From an uncultured Chloroflexia bacterium (GTDB lineage: Bacteria; Chloroflexota; Anaerolineae; Anaerolineales; UBA4823): a DNA stretch of 64,000 nucleotides. Below the pieces are notes generated by a model, which was given only the letters and a program-made list of their open reading frames with translations, was not told the origin of the DNA and did no database searches. Position numbers and translations under genes: made by a program. Location of the stretch: assembly GCA_963751425.1 (NCBI GenBank), contig CAVVUF010000002.1:1790717-1854716 (forward strand). Reading direction: 5' to 3'. This document shows positions 1 to 10,410 of the stretch, one piece after another. The stretch's first letter is position 1; each line of letters begins with the position of its first letter.

Positions 1-335
1 ACCAGATCCACACGGATGCAGAGTTCAGCAAGAGCACACCTTACGGGCAGCGGATTGCCCACGGGCTGCTGGTGCTGGCGATTGCATCGGGTCTGGCGAT
101 GCGGACGGGAGTACTGGAAGGCACAGTTCTTGCATTCCGAGAGATCAATGAGTGGAAATTCTCCAAGCCCACGTTTATCGGAGATACGGTGCACGTGGTG
201 TTGGAAGTGACGGAGACCAAGGCGCTGCCCAGACTGGGCGGTGGGCTGGTGATGATCACTTTGGATGTGAAGAATCAGAAGAATGAGACTGTCATGAAGG
301 GAGCCTGGACGGTGCTGGTGGCTTCAAAACCTTAA
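1..335 (+). CDS. MaoC-like (R)-specific enoyl-CoA hydratase/dehydratase, hot-dog fold; 5' partial, continues upstream of the window
   Basis: Reading frame is open from position 3. The translation '...PYGQRIAHGLLVLAIASGLAMRTGVLEG...FIGDTVHVVLEVTE...' is a typical MaoC dehydratase C-terminal hot-dog segment. Confidence 0.6.
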   Translation, partial: QIHTDAEFSKSTPYGQRIAHGLLVLAIASGLAMRTGVLEGTVLAFREINEWKFSKPTFIGDTVHVVLEVTETKALPRLGGGLVMITLDVKNQKNETVMKGAWTVLVASKP

Positions 336-521
336 GAGAAAACTCCTTTTCAGCGCAGAAAAGACTTTAAGGACCTCGGTGATCCTTATAGTTGGGAATT
401 CATCAGGTGAAGTAGGAACCTATTTTGGAATAGAAAGTTAAGGAAAGTTTAAGGACCATACTTAGGCGCGCAGATGTATATTTTGGGTGAAGAAAGAATG
501 GTATGATTCAAATAAGTTTTT

Positions 522-3500
522 ATGACTGAACAACCGCCCTCAAACCAAACCGAAGAACCCCCCAGCAAGCGCTTCCGGAGGCTGTTGAATGCATCTGACG
601 AGGAGGCGAATTCTGATTCTAGCTTGCCGTCGGAGTTCGGACCTGAAGCCTCAAATGAGAAGCCCATCCAAAGCGAAGAGGCTGAAGCAAGTACGGCGGA
701 GGAGCAACCAGCACCAGAGCCCTTGGAAGGGAGAGAAGAACAGTCACCTGAGGTAGTGGGTGCGGCTGAGGAGCAGTCAGCTCCAGAGCCTGCGGAGGGG
801 AGAGAAGAACCGGCACCGGAGGATGCAGAGATCCTGCTGGAAGCTAACCTGCCCGGAGAATTCGGCGCGATCCGATGGTTGGGGGAGGTGGATGACAGCC
901 TCGCTGAAGACGATGTGTCTTCCACAGAACCGGAACCAGAAAGCGAAGATGCTTTCTTTGGCTTGACAACTGCCCAGCCGGTGCTGCCCATGGAACCTGA
1001 ACCCAAACCTGAATCCAAAGTAGAACCTTGGGTGGGAGCCGCGGCTGCTGCGAGGATTTTATCAGAGCCTGAGAAGCCAGCCCAGAAAGCAGTGGGAGAT
1101 CAGCCCCCCCAGGCGCCTCTGAAAGGCAGCGTACCTGCTTACACCCCACCGCCCCCGCCCCTGGGATCCACCCCACACAAGCGCACCCCGGCGCTGGGCA
1201 CCGAGGCGATGCCACTGCCGCGCCACGTGGATGAGATTGACATGGACGCCACGCGGGCAACCCCGTCCGCGCTGCCGCCTTCCAGGAGCTCCAACCGGCC
1301 TGCCTCCGGGCGGCCAATCCCGGTCTCGAAGCCCATCCAATACCCGCCCCAAGGCCAGGTGCATAAAAAACCTGCGACGCCTAAAACCAAACCGCCGAAG
1401 CAGAAGACCGACTGGCGCCAAGGAATGGGCTGCCTCGTACGCATGTTTATTCTGGGGCTGTTTACCTCGATCTGCCTGCTGCTGACGGGGGCAACTGTGG
1501 TGCTTTATGAATATTATTCTGTGGCGGCTACCCTGCCAAGCGTAGATGATCTCAAAATGCACGCTTCTCAGTTTGAAACAACGCGCATCCTGGACCGCAA
1601 CGGCAATGTGCTCTATGAGATTACGGATCCGAACGCCGGAAGGCGCACCTATGTGCCGCTCAGAAAAATCTCTCCTTACGTCCTGGCAGCAACGATTGCC
1701 ACGGAGGATAAAAATTTTTACAGCCACCCCGGTTTTGACCCAACGGCGATCTTACGGGCTTTCTGGCAGAACTTCCAGAATGAAGGGGAAACGGTCTCGG
1801 GGGCTTCCACGATCACGCAGCAGTTGGCGCGCAACCTGCTTTTCTCGCCTGAAGAGCGCGTGGAGCAGTCCTACCGGCGCAAGGTGCGCGAAGCCCTGGC
1901 TGCCGCCGAAATCACCCGCCGTTACTCCAAGGATGAGATCCTTGAGCTGTATCTGAACGAATTTTTCTACGGCAACCGGGCCTACGGCATTGAGGCCGCT
2001 GCAGAGACATACTTTAACACCACGGCTGACAAGCTGACCTTCAGCCAGGCTGCTTTCCTGGCCGGGCTGCCGCAGGCACCGGGGGTTTATGATATCTTCA
2101 CGAACCGTGAAGCCACCCTGAAGCGCCTGCAGCAGGCACTGGTGCTGACCTATGAGGCTTCTAAGGAGCAGGGCTGCATCCGGGTGAGCAACAACCCGCA
2201 GCCCATCTGCATCGACAGCGCCACCGCCCTGGCGGCGTATGATGAAATCCAGAAATATTCCTTCAACCCCCCACAGGCCATCATGCGCTACCCGCATTGG
2301 GTCACCTTTGTTCAAAGCCAGCTCGAAGCCCTCTATGATGCTCAAACAATCTACAAATCAGGGTTCACCATCCATACAACTCTTGACCCCGATCTGCAGG
2401 AAGAAGCGCAGCGGATCGTGAGCGCACAGGTGGAGAACCTGGCGGCGAACCATGCCACGAATGGAGCGCTGACCGCCATCAAACCCTCGACCGGTGAGAT
2501 CCTGGCGATGGTCGGCTCGGCGGATTTTAACAATAAAGATATCCAGGGGCAGGTGAACATGGCCACCTCACCGACCCGCCAACCGGGATCTTCGATCAAG
2601 CCGTTCACTTACCTGGCAGCTTTTGAGAAAGGCTGGACACCTGCCACCTTGATCTGGGATGTGCCTTCGGAGTTCCCGCCTTCGGGCAACGCCAATGACC
2701 CACGTGCTCCCTATGTACCGGTGAACTATGATGGGCGCTTTCATGGTCCTGTGACGGTGCGCACCGCATTGGCGAATTCGTATAACGTGCCAGCTGTCAA
2801 GACGCTGCAGTTTGCGGGCATCTTCGATGACCCGAGCACCACACAGCAAGAAGGCCTGGTGGGTATGGCGAAGCGCCTGGGGATCACTTCGCTGACGCGC
2901 GACGATTACGGGATGTCCTTGACACTAGGCGGCGGTGAGGTCAGCCTGCTGGAGATGACGTCAGCTTTTGGTACGATCGCCAATGGAGGCCTGCGTTTCG
3001 CGCCCTATGCCATCACCAAGATCGAAGATATGACCGGCAAGGTGGTGTATGAGCACACCGTTTCAAGCGAGCAGGCGATCCGGCCGGAGCACGCTTACTT
3101 AATCTCTTCAATCCTGTCTGATAATAACGCGCGTGCGCCCATGTTTGGCCCGAACTCGGTGCTGGCGCTGCCCTTCACCGCGGCAGCCAAGACCGGCACA
3201 ACCAACGATTTCCGCGATAACTGGACGCTCGGTTATACCCCCGATCTGGTGACCGGGGTGTGGGTTGGGAACGCCGATTATACCCCCATGGTGAATACGA
3301 CCGGCTTGACCGGAGCCGCACCGATCTGGGCGGAGTTCATGCAGGTTGCGGTGCCCAAGCTGACCGGCAATAACCCCTCATCTTTCTTCCGTCCGGCGAC
3401 CATCGTCGACCGGGTGATCTGCGCCATCTCGGGGGCTGAACCTTCGCAGTGGTGCCCGGAGCAGCGCAGCGAGGTCTTCGCTGCTGACCAGCTGCCCTTG

Positions 3501-3644
3501 CCCAAGGAGCAGGACCTGTGGTCCAAGGTGCTCTTCGATACTTATACCAACCTGCGTGCCTCTGTGATCTGCGGGAACTTATACGAAAGAAGATTTTGCG
3601 ATCAACGTCACCGATCCCTGGGCGATTGCCTGGATCCAGGCTAA
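522..3644 (+). CDS. Class A penicillin-binding protein (bifunctional GT51 transglycosylase / transpeptidase) with a ~300-aa acidic Pro-rich N-terminal tail
   Basis: GT51 motifs '[13 protein letters not shown]' and '[12 protein letters not shown]'. Transpeptidase motifs 'SIKPF' (SxxK), 'SYN' and 'KTGTT'. One TM helix lies near aa 305-330 after a low-complexity cytoplasmic region. The 3' end (after ~3565) reads as out-of-frame junk, which indicates a frameshift. Confidence 0.85.
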   Translation: MTEQPPSNQTEEPPSKRFRRLLNASDEEANSDSSLPSEFGPEASNEKPIQSEEAEASTAEEQPAPEPLEGREEQSPEVVGAAEEQSAPEPAEGREEPAPEDAEILLEANLPGEFGAIRWLGEVDDSLAEDDVSSTEPEPESEDAFFGLTTAQPVLPMEPEPKPESKVEPWVGAAAAARILSEPEKPAQKAVGDQPPQAPLKGSVPAYTPPPPPLGSTPHKRTPALGTEAMPLPRHVDEIDMDATRATPSALPPSRSSNRPASGRPIPVSKPIQYPPQGQVHKKPATPKTKPPKQKTDWRQGMGCLVRMFILGLFTSICLLLTGATVVLYEYYSVAATLPSVDDLKMHASQFETTRILDRNGNVLYEITDPNAGRRTYVPLRKISPYVLAATIATEDKNFYSHPGFDPTAILRAFWQNFQNEGETVSGASTITQQLARNLLFSPEERVEQSYRRKVREALAAAEITRRYSKDEILELYLNEFFYGNRAYGIEAAAETYFNTTADKLTFSQAAFLAGLPQAPGVYDIFTNREATLKRLQQALVLTYEASKEQGCIRVSNNPQPICIDSATALAAYDEIQKYSFNPPQAIMRYPHWVTFVQSQLEALYDAQTIYKSGFTIHTTLDPDLQEEAQRIVSAQVENLAANHATNGALTAIKPSTGEILAMVGSADFNNKDIQGQVNMATSPTRQPGSSIKPFTYLAAFEKGWTPATLIWDVPSEFPPSGNANDPRAPYVPVNYDGRFHGPVTVRTALANSYNVPAVKTLQFAGIFDDPSTTQQEGLVGMAKRLGITSLTRDDYGMSLTLGGGEVSLLEMTSAFGTIANGGLRFAPYAITKIEDMTGKVVYEHTVSSEQAIRPEHAYLISSILSDNNARAPMFGPNSVLALPFTAAAKTGTTNDFRDNWTLGYTPDLVTGVWVGNADYTPMVNTTGLTGAAPIWAEFMQVAVPKLTGNNPSSFFRPATIVDRVICAISGAEPSQWCPEQRSEVFAADQLPLPKEQDLWSKVLFDTYTNLRASVICGNLYERRFCDQRHRSLGDCLDPG

Positions 3645-4233
3645 CCCCGACGGGCAGGCTTGGGCGGAGAAGATGGGATTCGAAAAGCCGTTCCGCTTCG
3701 TCCCAAGCCGCGACTGCACGGGGAATGACCCGCGCGCCTCACTGTCAATCAGCTCGCCAACCGAGGGGCAGGCGATCTCGATTAACCCGCTGGATATCTT
3801 TGGGCAGGCAGATGCCACGGCCGATTTTAAGAGCTACACCCTGAGCTATGGGATGGGGAATGACCCGGTGGAATGGAAGCTGCTCAAAGAGAGCAGCCAA
3901 CCCGTCAGCCAGGCGGAGAAGCTGTATACCTGGAACCTGACGGAGGCTTTCCCAGATGGGATTCCTAGCGGAGTGGTAACGGTGAAGCTGGAGGTCTTCA
4001 GCATCCGCGATACCTCCGTCGTGCTGAAGGTGCACATCAATTTGCAGGTGCCCACCCCTACCCCAACGCCCACCAGCACCCCTACTGTGACGCCAACCCC
4101 CACGTTGACGCCCACAGCAACGCTTACCCCCACCATGGAGCCCACCGCGACCGTCACACCCACGCCCACGTTAGTGCCGACCGACACGCCGACCTCGACA
4201 CCAACGGAGACGAGCATCGCAGCAGGATCGTAG
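3568..4233 (+). CDS. Probable frameshifted C-terminal extension of the PBP: a globular domain followed by a Thr-Pro-rich linker. Annotated ORF is 3673..4233.
   Basis: Frame +1 is open from 3568 and reads protein-like ('[44 protein letters not shown]...'). It ends in '[28 protein letters not shown]'. There is no start context of its own. Confidence 0.4.
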   Translation, partial: SAGTYTKEDFAINVTDPWAIAWIQANPDGQAWAEKMGFEKPFRFVPSRDCTGNDPRASLSISSPTEGQAISINPLDIFGQADATADFKSYTLSYGMGNDPVEWKLLKESSQPVSQAEKLYTWNLTEAFPDGIPSGVVTVKLEVFSIRDTSVVLKVHINLQVPTPTPTPTSTPTVTPTPTLTPTATLTPTMEPTATVTPTPTLVPTDTPTSTPTETSIAAGS

Positions 4234-4508
4234 CACGCCAGAACCAGCTAATCCTTCACATTATTCAGGGAAGGTTCTACCGACGGTCTCGATGAACTTT
4301 TTACCAGATTCTGGGTGCTCCTTCGGCGGCACCGATGCGTACATCGGTAGAGCGCTTCCTCAGGACGATATGAAGGGTTTGTCGTGCTGACCCTGAGCGC
4401 AGCGAACGGGAAGCTCCTTTGTGGCGCGTCTCAGGATAATACATCATAGTTTTTTTGCGGACCTTCAGCAAGACGTGAGCCCTGTTATGGATATAGTGCC
4501 AATAATGA

Positions 4509-5168
4509 TCAGCCTCGGATGCGATAAATGATGAAGATGAAAGCGGCGAAGCCCAGCACCCCGGCGAAGATTAGTAAGGCAGGCCGGTCAGCGTTAGGGG
4601 CAGGAGCGGATTGGTGCACGGGAAAGATGGCAGCGTTGGATTCGTCCAACACCACATCATCGGGCAAAGCGCCGCGCGCTTTCAGCAGGTAAGCCGTGGT
4701 ATCCCAGGCCTGCTCGTCGCTGAGGGAACCGGGTTTCCACCAGGGCATGGTCTCTCTGATATACAGGTAGAGATCCTCGGCGGTTTTAAAGCGGATCAAG
4801 GTGTCCGACCCGATCACAGCTGGGATGGTTTTAGGAAATACGAAGCCATCAGGGGGGTGGTTGGCAGCATGGCAACGGGACTGCCAGCAGTTCATCTCTT
4901 GCGGTCCCCACTGTTCGCGCCATTCGTCGGTCAGTCCCTGTCCTTTGTTGCCATGGCAAGCCATGCAGATGCGCCAATATAAATCGGCTCCATAGTCGGC
5001 CTGGGTTGGGTTTTCGGGCAGCGCGGGGCCGATGGTGCGGCTGATCTCGGGCATGGCAGGGGGCATGGCGGGGCGGGTGGAACAGCCTGCCAGCAAAAGA
5101 AGCAAAATGGGGAGGAGTAAAAGCAGCCGCTGAGAATTTCGAAGATAGGATCTGATGAAGAACATCAA
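4509..5168 (-). CDS. Membrane-anchored mono-heme c-type cytochrome (lipoprotein signal plus C-terminal TM helix)
   Basis: Signal peptide with lipobox 'LLLLAGCS'. Heme-binding motif 'CMACHG' (CxxCH). A downstream Met in 'ETMPWW' is a plausible axial ligand. Hydrophobic C-terminus 'ALLIFAGVLGFAAFIFIIY'. Confidence 0.6.
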   Translation of the reverse strand: MMFFIRSYLRNSQRLLLLLPILLLLLAGCSTRPAMPPAMPEISRTIGPALPENPTQADYGADLYWRICMACHGNKGQGLTDEWREQWGPQEMNCWQSRCHAANHPPDGFVFPKTIPAVIGSDTLIRFKTAEDLYLYIRETMPWWKPGSLSDEQAWDTTAYLLKARGALPDDVVLDESNAAIFPVHQSAPAPNADRPALLIFAGVLGFAAFIFIIYRIRG

Positions 5169-5278
5169 AGCACCTGTTAAATACCAATAAAGCTAACGTT
5201 GGGGATATTTTACCTGATTTATGTCCTGATCAGAAGAACTGCATCACCTTACATTACAGACCATCAGAGTTTGTTTTT

Positions 5279-6670
5279 TCAGAACAACCGCATTTGGGGG
5301 GCGGTGTAGGTCAGCTCGTCTTGGGCGAGAATTTCATCGAAATTACTGCGCTGGAGCAGCAAGTTATCGAGCATCTGCCGCAGGTGACGGAATTTCAAGA
5401 AGCGCCAGCCTGCCGCTGCACCTGGTGCAGAGGCGTTTATGCCAGAGGAATTTTCTGCTCCCGCGCAGAGCGCCCTCAGGCGCGGGTCATGGCGCAGCTT
5501 GTAAGCTAGCAGGTTGGCGCGCCCGCCGGGGAGGACGATGATGGAGCTGGCGGGTGGAGAGGGCGGGCTGTCTGCTTTGCCGAGCATGATCTCACCGATC
5601 ACGGCCGAGGCTACCAGGTAAAACCAGAAGCGCGGCTGACTTTTTTCATTCACCCAGACCGGCTGCTGTCCTTCCATGGAGTACCCCAGGCGCTTGGCAA
5701 GGGTGGCAAGCTGCTCGTAAGCTGCTTCGATGTCACTGCGGCGGGCAGCCGGGGATTCCTGCGGTCGCAGGCGCCACTGGTCGCTGCCAGGCGGCTCTTC
5801 TACCGCATAAGAGTCCAGGCAGACGTGGATCAGCTCAAGGTCGGGGGTAAGCAGGCCGGGGAAGGCGGTGTTCAGGGCATCTTCAAGCTCAAGGGACTGA
5901 CAGCCTGGATGGCGGAGCAGGTAAATTACCAGGGCTTTTTCGAGACGGTCTGCGGCTGGCAAGGAGACCCTGCTGGAGTCTTTCAGCCACCAATAACCTG
6001 TCTCGGCTGATTCGGTAGCTTCCAGGCGTAAAAAGCCTCCCCGGTAGGTGAGAACATCACGGATGGCAGACTGCGCCAGGCTGAAACTTTCTGCAGGGGA
6101 AGGTTCTTTTTCGGGCTGGTCCGGGCCGCCCGCTCCTGTAGCAGGTTGGATAGCAGCGCCAAGGCGGAAGGTGTGGCTTGTGACGATCCCGGTGAGGGCA
6201 GCAGTGTGCATGGGCAGGTATTGAGCCGGTTGGCCAGTGTTCTGTAAAAATTCCTGGGCTGATTGGCTGGCAGCCTGATGTGCCACCGCCGCCAGGGCAG
6301 TTACGGGTAAAGGAAGGGAAGCCTCTGTGGGGTTGGTAGAAAGCCGCCAGTGCACCTGAGCCTGGGCAGGGTCTGAGCGCAGTGCAAGGCCGCACAGCTC
6401 CAATCCAGCCAGGTCTGCGCTGAGCAAGGCTGCGGAAAGAAAGCCTGCTTCGGCTTCGTTGATCAATCCTAAGATGGGGGTCGTGGGACTTAAGATGGGG
6501 ATCAGGCTGTTGAAAGCGACCGTTAACCCGGCGGTGTACCAGGCCCAATCATAGCGGCGGCGGCGCAAGACGCTTTTGAAAGGCCCAACGGATTGGCTTC
6601 CCCACAGCCAGCCGGACCATAAGGCAGACAGCGTCCAGAAAGCCTGGTTCTGGCGCGGCAGCACAGCCAA
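5279..6670 (-). CDS. Hypothetical protein, C-terminal part of the same gene as 6523..7452
   Basis: Long ORF with protein-like composition and no recognisable domain. It overlaps the upstream ORF by about 150 nt in another frame, across a G9 homopolymer. Confidence 0.4.
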   Translation of the reverse strand: MAVLPRQNQAFWTLSALWSGWLWGSQSVGPFKSVLRRRRYDWAWYTAGLTVAFNSLIPILSPTTPILGLINEAEAGFLSAALLSADLAGLELCGLALRSDPAQAQVHWRLSTNPTEASLPLPVTALAAVAHQAASQSAQEFLQNTGQPAQYLPMHTAALTGIVTSHTFRLGAAIQPATGAGGPDQPEKEPSPAESFSLAQSAIRDVLTYRGGFLRLEATESAETGYWWLKDSSRVSLPAADRLEKALVIYLLRHPGCQSLELEDALNTAFPGLLTPDLELIHVCLDSYAVEEPPGSDQWRLRPQESPAARRSDIEAAYEQLATLAKRLGYSMEGQQPVWVNEKSQPRFWFYLVASAVIGEIMLGKADSPPSPPASSIIVLPGGRANLLAYKLRHDPRLRALCAGAENSSGINASAPGAAAGWRFLKFRHLRQMLDNLLLQRSNFDEILAQDELTYTAPQMRLF

Positions 6671-7452
6671 TACCGCGCCGATGTGCTTCTGCAGATTCTC
6701 GGTATGTGCGGCAAGGCCTTCCAGGTCGCGCAGGCGGCCTTCGAAGAGACAGATGCCACCACTGGGGGGGGGAGCTCAGGCCACAGTGTGAGAGGCACGG
6801 GGGGCTGGCCAGTTGCCCATAAACTGAGGCTGTGTTCCAAAGCCAGCCAGATATTATTCTCGCGGAACTTTGGCGGGATGGTGAGCTGGCGCGGGCGTTC
6901 TCGGCGGGGAGGGTACTGCCAGAGCGTATTCGCCTGGTCGCAAGCTGCCAGGAGCAGGGCTGCCAGCATATTGCGGCGGACATGCGGCAGGTTCAGCCCA
7001 TCGAGCTTGTTGATCAGGGTGAAGAGGGCATAGACTGCCCTGGGCAGGTAAACTGACAGCGCTTCTTCGGCGTGGATGCGGTCCGGGTCATCGGCGGGGG
7101 CGATGCGCTCCAGGGCGCGCGCCCGGTGCAGACCGCCCGAGGCAAAATGGTGCGCTTTTTCGGCATCCGCGGTGGTGGCAGGAAACTCTCCATTAGACCC
7201 ACAGTTGGAGCAGGAATATATTCTTGCAAATGGCGTCGTAGCGCCTTTCTCCCACAAAAAGGCTTCGACCATCACTGTCTGAGCGCATTGGCCGCAGGTG
7301 GTGGTGTAAAGGCTGCGGATATGCGGTTCCATGCGCTCGTCACCTTTGCTGGAAGCAGCCAGCTCTGCCAAAACTGCTTGCAGCTCAGCCTCCGATGGCG
7401 GATGGGCGGTCATTTCGAGCAGGAAGCGGGCGATGGGGTTATTAGCCGCCAC
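6523..7452 (-). CDS. Hypothetical protein, N-terminal part, with a Cys4 zinc-ribbon-like motif; frameshifted into the next ORF
   Basis: 'TTCGQCAQ...YSCSNCGSNGEF' pairs of CxxC. The translation degenerates after 'PPPVV', exactly at the G/C homopolymer at 6764..6772. Confidence 0.4.
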   Translation of the reverse strand: MAANNPIARFLLEMTAHPPSEAELQAVLAELAASSKGDERMEPHIRSLYTTTCGQCAQTVMVEAFLWEKGATTPFARIYSCSNCGSNGEFPATTADAEKAHHFASGGLHRARALERIAPADDPDRIHAEEALSVYLPRAVYALFTLINKLDGLNLPHVRRNMLAALLLAACDQANTLWQYPPRRERPRQLTIPPKFRENNIWLALEHSLSLWATGQPPVPLTLWPELPPPVVASVSSKAACATWKALPHIPRICRSTSARYWLCCRARTRLSGRCLPYGPAGCGEANPLGLSKASCAAAAMIGPGTPPG

Positions 7453-7672
7453 AAGGATTCGATAGCCTGAACGAGCCGCCTCGATATCGACACGCGGTGA
7501 AGCGCCGAAGGGGTCGATGACCCAGGGGGATCCGCCTGCCCAGGCTGGAGCGGCAGCACCTCCCTCAGCCAGGCGCTGGCGCTGCCCTCCAGGTAGGGCG
7601 GAAGGAAGCGCGCCAGGGGGTAGGGCTTGACAGGCGTGGTGCCGCTGATGAAGGGAGTGTCGGGCAGGCTCA

Positions 7673-9082
7673 TTACCTTACAACCGGAATCAGAATGGTA
7701 TATACAGCCTGGTAAGTTTTCAGAGCCCCGCTGACTTGATCGTTCTGCAGGCCTCCCAGTGCGAGGAGGTTTTGGTCGAGAGGCACGGAAGCCAGGTAAG
7801 CCCAAGGCTGCGGGCTAGGCTGTTCCAATTCGGTCCAGGTGCTTGTGGAAGGGAAGAATTGATAAGAAGCAGCTCTGGAAGATGAAGGCGGCACCCCGCC
7901 GATGACCAGGATGGAATCGGCGATGGAGGCAGCCCCCATGGCGTAACGCCCTTCGGGGAGAGGGGTGGCGGTACTCCAAGGGGAGGCACCGCTGCCTTCT
8001 AGACTTGGGATATAGGTTTCGTTGCGTGTAAGGGGGGTCTGCCCATCAAAACCGCCCAGTAAGTAGATCTTGCCACCGGCCACAGCGGCAGCCGCTGCAT
8101 AGCGAGGCGACAGCAAAGGGGTGCGTTCACTCCAGGTTTTCAGAGTCGGATCATATTCCAGGACCCGGTCATAGATCGTTTTCCCGTCCCACCCGCCGAA
8201 CAGGTAGAGCTTGCCTTCAAAGGCGACCAGGGCATAGGCGCTGACCGGGTAAGGCAGATCGGGACCACTCTCCCAGGTATCTTGCAGCGGGTCGTAGATT
8301 TCAAGGGATTGGGAGGCTTTCCCATTCGCCTGCCTGCCACCGGGGACGTAGATCTTCCCGCCTAAAACAGCTGCCTGGATCTCAGAGACAGGCAGGGGCT
8401 TGGGTTTGCCTTCATTCCATGTGGAGCTGGCAGGATCAAAAACTTCGAGGCTGGCAGACACACCTTGAGCGGTCTCACCACCAATGGCGTACACCAGGCT
8501 GTTCAAGGCCACTGCAGCCAGCTTGCTGCGTGAGGTTGGCATGGAGGGCAAGGCTTGCCAGCGAGGCTGGGGAGTAGGGGAAGGCGAGACGAGCAGGGGA
8601 AAGACAGCCGCAGCCTGGGTGGGTGGAGAGGTTGGCTTTGGATTGAGATAAAAGCCTACCCCTACCCAACCGAGCACCAGGAGCGCCAGGAGAAGCAGGC
8701 CTACGCCTCCAAACAAAACCCATTTGAGAGCGGGACTGGGCTTCGTTTTGAGTTGGGGTGGTTTGGCTGCCTCTTCTTCGAAGGTGGGTTCCGGGATGGA
8801 GATGGGGAGGCTGAGTGATGGTTCGGTCGGTGAGGTTTTGACCAGTCCATGGTTGATGGCGTACAGGGCAGCTTCGGTGCGCGAGAGAACGCCGATCTTG
8901 GCGAAAATGTTGCGCAGGTGGACCTTGACCGTGTTGGGGCTGATGTAGAGCTTTTGGGCGATCTCTTTGTTGCTGAGGCCCGTGGCTACCAACCGCAGAA
9001 TGCCCAGCTCGCGCTCGCTAAGATCGTTGGTTTCGGGGGAGGCCATGGTGCGATTATACATCAGGTTATTCGATAAGCTCAT
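7673..9082 (-). CDS. Membrane-spanning one-component regulator: cytoplasmic LuxR/FixJ-type HTH, single TM helix, extracytoplasmic Kelch-repeat beta-propeller
   Basis: HTH: '[45 protein letters not shown]'. TM: '[26 protein letters not shown]'. Repeated Kelch blades 'GGKIYVPGG', '[12 protein letters not shown]', '[12 protein letters not shown]', 'LVIGG', 'LLALGG'. Confidence 0.7.
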   Translation of the reverse strand: MSLSNNLMYNRTMASPETNDLSERELGILRLVATGLSNKEIAQKLYISPNTVKVHLRNIFAKIGVLSRTEAALYAINHGLVKTSPTEPSLSLPISIPEPTFEEEAAKPPQLKTKPSPALKWVLFGGVGLLLLALLVLGWVGVGFYLNPKPTSPPTQAAAVFPLLVSPSPTPQPRWQALPSMPTSRSKLAAVALNSLVYAIGGETAQGVSASLEVFDPASSTWNEGKPKPLPVSEIQAAVLGGKIYVPGGRQANGKASQSLEIYDPLQDTWESGPDLPYPVSAYALVAFEGKLYLFGGWDGKTIYDRVLEYDPTLKTWSERTPLLSPRYAAAAAVAGGKIYLLGGFDGQTPLTRNETYIPSLEGSGASPWSTATPLPEGRYAMGAASIADSILVIGGVPPSSSRAASYQFFPSTSTWTELEQPSPQPWAYLASVPLDQNLLALGGLQNDQVSGALKTYQAVYTILIPVVR

Positions 9083-9099
9083 AGATTCTTACGAAGGGT

Positions 9100-9385
9100 G
9101 CAACATTGCGGAATTCACAGAATTGAAAGGAGTATGCGGGTAGGGTTATTTTTTAAAGAGTACACGGAAAAGGCGGAAAAAAGGAAAGAGCGGATTTTTC
9201 TAAATCGGATAGGCGCACGGATTTTTACGATGAGTACATCGTCCGATGAGTACATTGCTTCGGATGACGAGAATTTGGAAGAATACACGGAAAAAGCGGA
9301 ATGATGGAAAATGCGGATATATTCGGTTATAATTATCGCCATTGTAGGAAGTTTGTTCAGTTCATCATTCAGAGGGAAAAATCGA
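9100..9385. promoter_or_regulatory. Divergent intergenic region (LuxR-Kelch regulator <-> SDR) packed with short direct repeats; candidate operator/promoter region
   Basis: Near-identical 21-mers 'gagtacacggaaaaggcggaa' (9158-9178) and 'gaatacacggaaaaagcggaa' (9280-9300). 'cggattttt' occurs twice, 'gatgagtacat' twice, and there are many CGGA/TCCG half-sites. Confidence 0.3.
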
Positions 9386-10150
9386 ATGGAGCAACCAGTC
9401 ATCATTATCACCGGAGCCTCCCAGGGATTAGGTGCAGCCATCGCTTCCCTCGCCGCGGAGAAAGGCGCCCAGGTTGTTTTGGCAGCCAGGAATACTTCAG
9501 CGCTTGATGGCCAGGCTCAAAAGATCATCCAGAAAGGGGGAAAAGTACTTGCTGTAACGGCAGATGTCAGCCGCTATGAGGACTGCCAAAAGATCATCGA
9601 TGTTACCTTACAAAAATTTGGACGGGTCGACGCGCTCATCAACAACGCAGGGGTGATCGAACCCTTTGCGCGCATCTCTGAGGTAAATTACGAGGCTTGG
9701 GAGGATCAATTGAGGGTCAATCTGTTGGGTCCGGTGAGGTTGTGCCAGTTAGCCATTCCATTCCTACGAAAAAGCCGGGGCAGGGTGATCAATCTCACCA
9801 GCCATGCAGCTGAGATCGAGATTCCGGGCGGCAGCGCGTACAGCACCTCGAAGGCCGCTTTGAACCGTTTTTCGAAAGTGCTGGCCGCGGAAGAGCCTGA
9901 AATCACGGTCATTCTATTCATCCCAGGCGAGACCGACACGCCCATGCAAACCGTAATCCGCGAGAAAAGCAAAGGGATCGCTCCTGAGGCAGTTTATCAG
10001 TATTTTACTGACCTGTATGAGCAAAGGAAGCTGCTGCCTCCAGAAATACCCGCCCTGGCGGCTGTTCGATTAGCAATGGAAGCGCCGCATGATTGGAGCG
10101 GTGAAATCCTACAATGGGATGATGAAAAGGTGCAAGCGTTGGATGAATAA
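9386..10150 (+). CDS. Short-chain dehydrogenase/reductase (SDR family oxidoreductase)
   Basis: 'IITGASQGLGAAIA' (TGxxxGxG Rossmann motif), 'NNAG', catalytic 'YSTSKAAL' (YxxxK). Start chosen at ATG 9386, which has an upstream purine-rich RBS. The ORF track starts at 9311, but the first 25 codons are not protein-like. Confidence 0.8.
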   Translation: MEQPVIIITGASQGLGAAIASLAAEKGAQVVLAARNTSALDGQAQKIIQKGGKVLAVTADVSRYEDCQKIIDVTLQKFGRVDALINNAGVIEPFARISEVNYEAWEDQLRVNLLGPVRLCQLAIPFLRKSRGRVINLTSHAAEIEIPGGSAYSTSKAALNRFSKVLAAEEPEITVILFIPGETDTPMQTVIREKSKGIAPEAVYQYFTDLYEQRKLLPPEIPALAAVRLAMEAPHDWSGEILQWDDEKVQALDE

Positions 10151-10410
10151 AATGAATGACCCTTGCTCTGACCCCTTCCCTGGCCTTCACTCATTTCAAG
10201 AGAAGAAATGGGTGAGTGAGAAGACTTTCCCCACCGGCACGGTCACCTTCCTGTTTACGGATATCATGGATCTTTTCCTCTAGCCTGGATGTTGGAGGGA
10301 TGATTGCCATAAACCGCCTTCTTTTCGGGGTGTATTGGGGGTAAACCTTACATTATTATCAGTAGAGAAAAAAGGTTATCCCTTTATAATAGCCAAAGGA
10401 GGTGTGCTGG

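Noticed and set aside
449-1727. Several 150-220-aa ORFs on the minus strand overlapping the PBP gene
   Set aside because: Low-complexity Ala/Gly/Arg-rich translations typical of antisense frames in high-GC DNA. They are fully contained in a well-supported gene.
4053-4215. TPTPTP-encoding repeats (also at 20330-20410) as CRISPR-like or mobile repeats
   Set aside because: They are in-frame Thr-Pro linker codons inside proteins, not spacer-repeat arrays.
9311-9385. Upstream ATG start for the SDR gene
   Set aside because: The first 25 codons are hydrophobic junk overlapping the repeat region. ATG 9386 has an RBS and begins the Rossmann motif.
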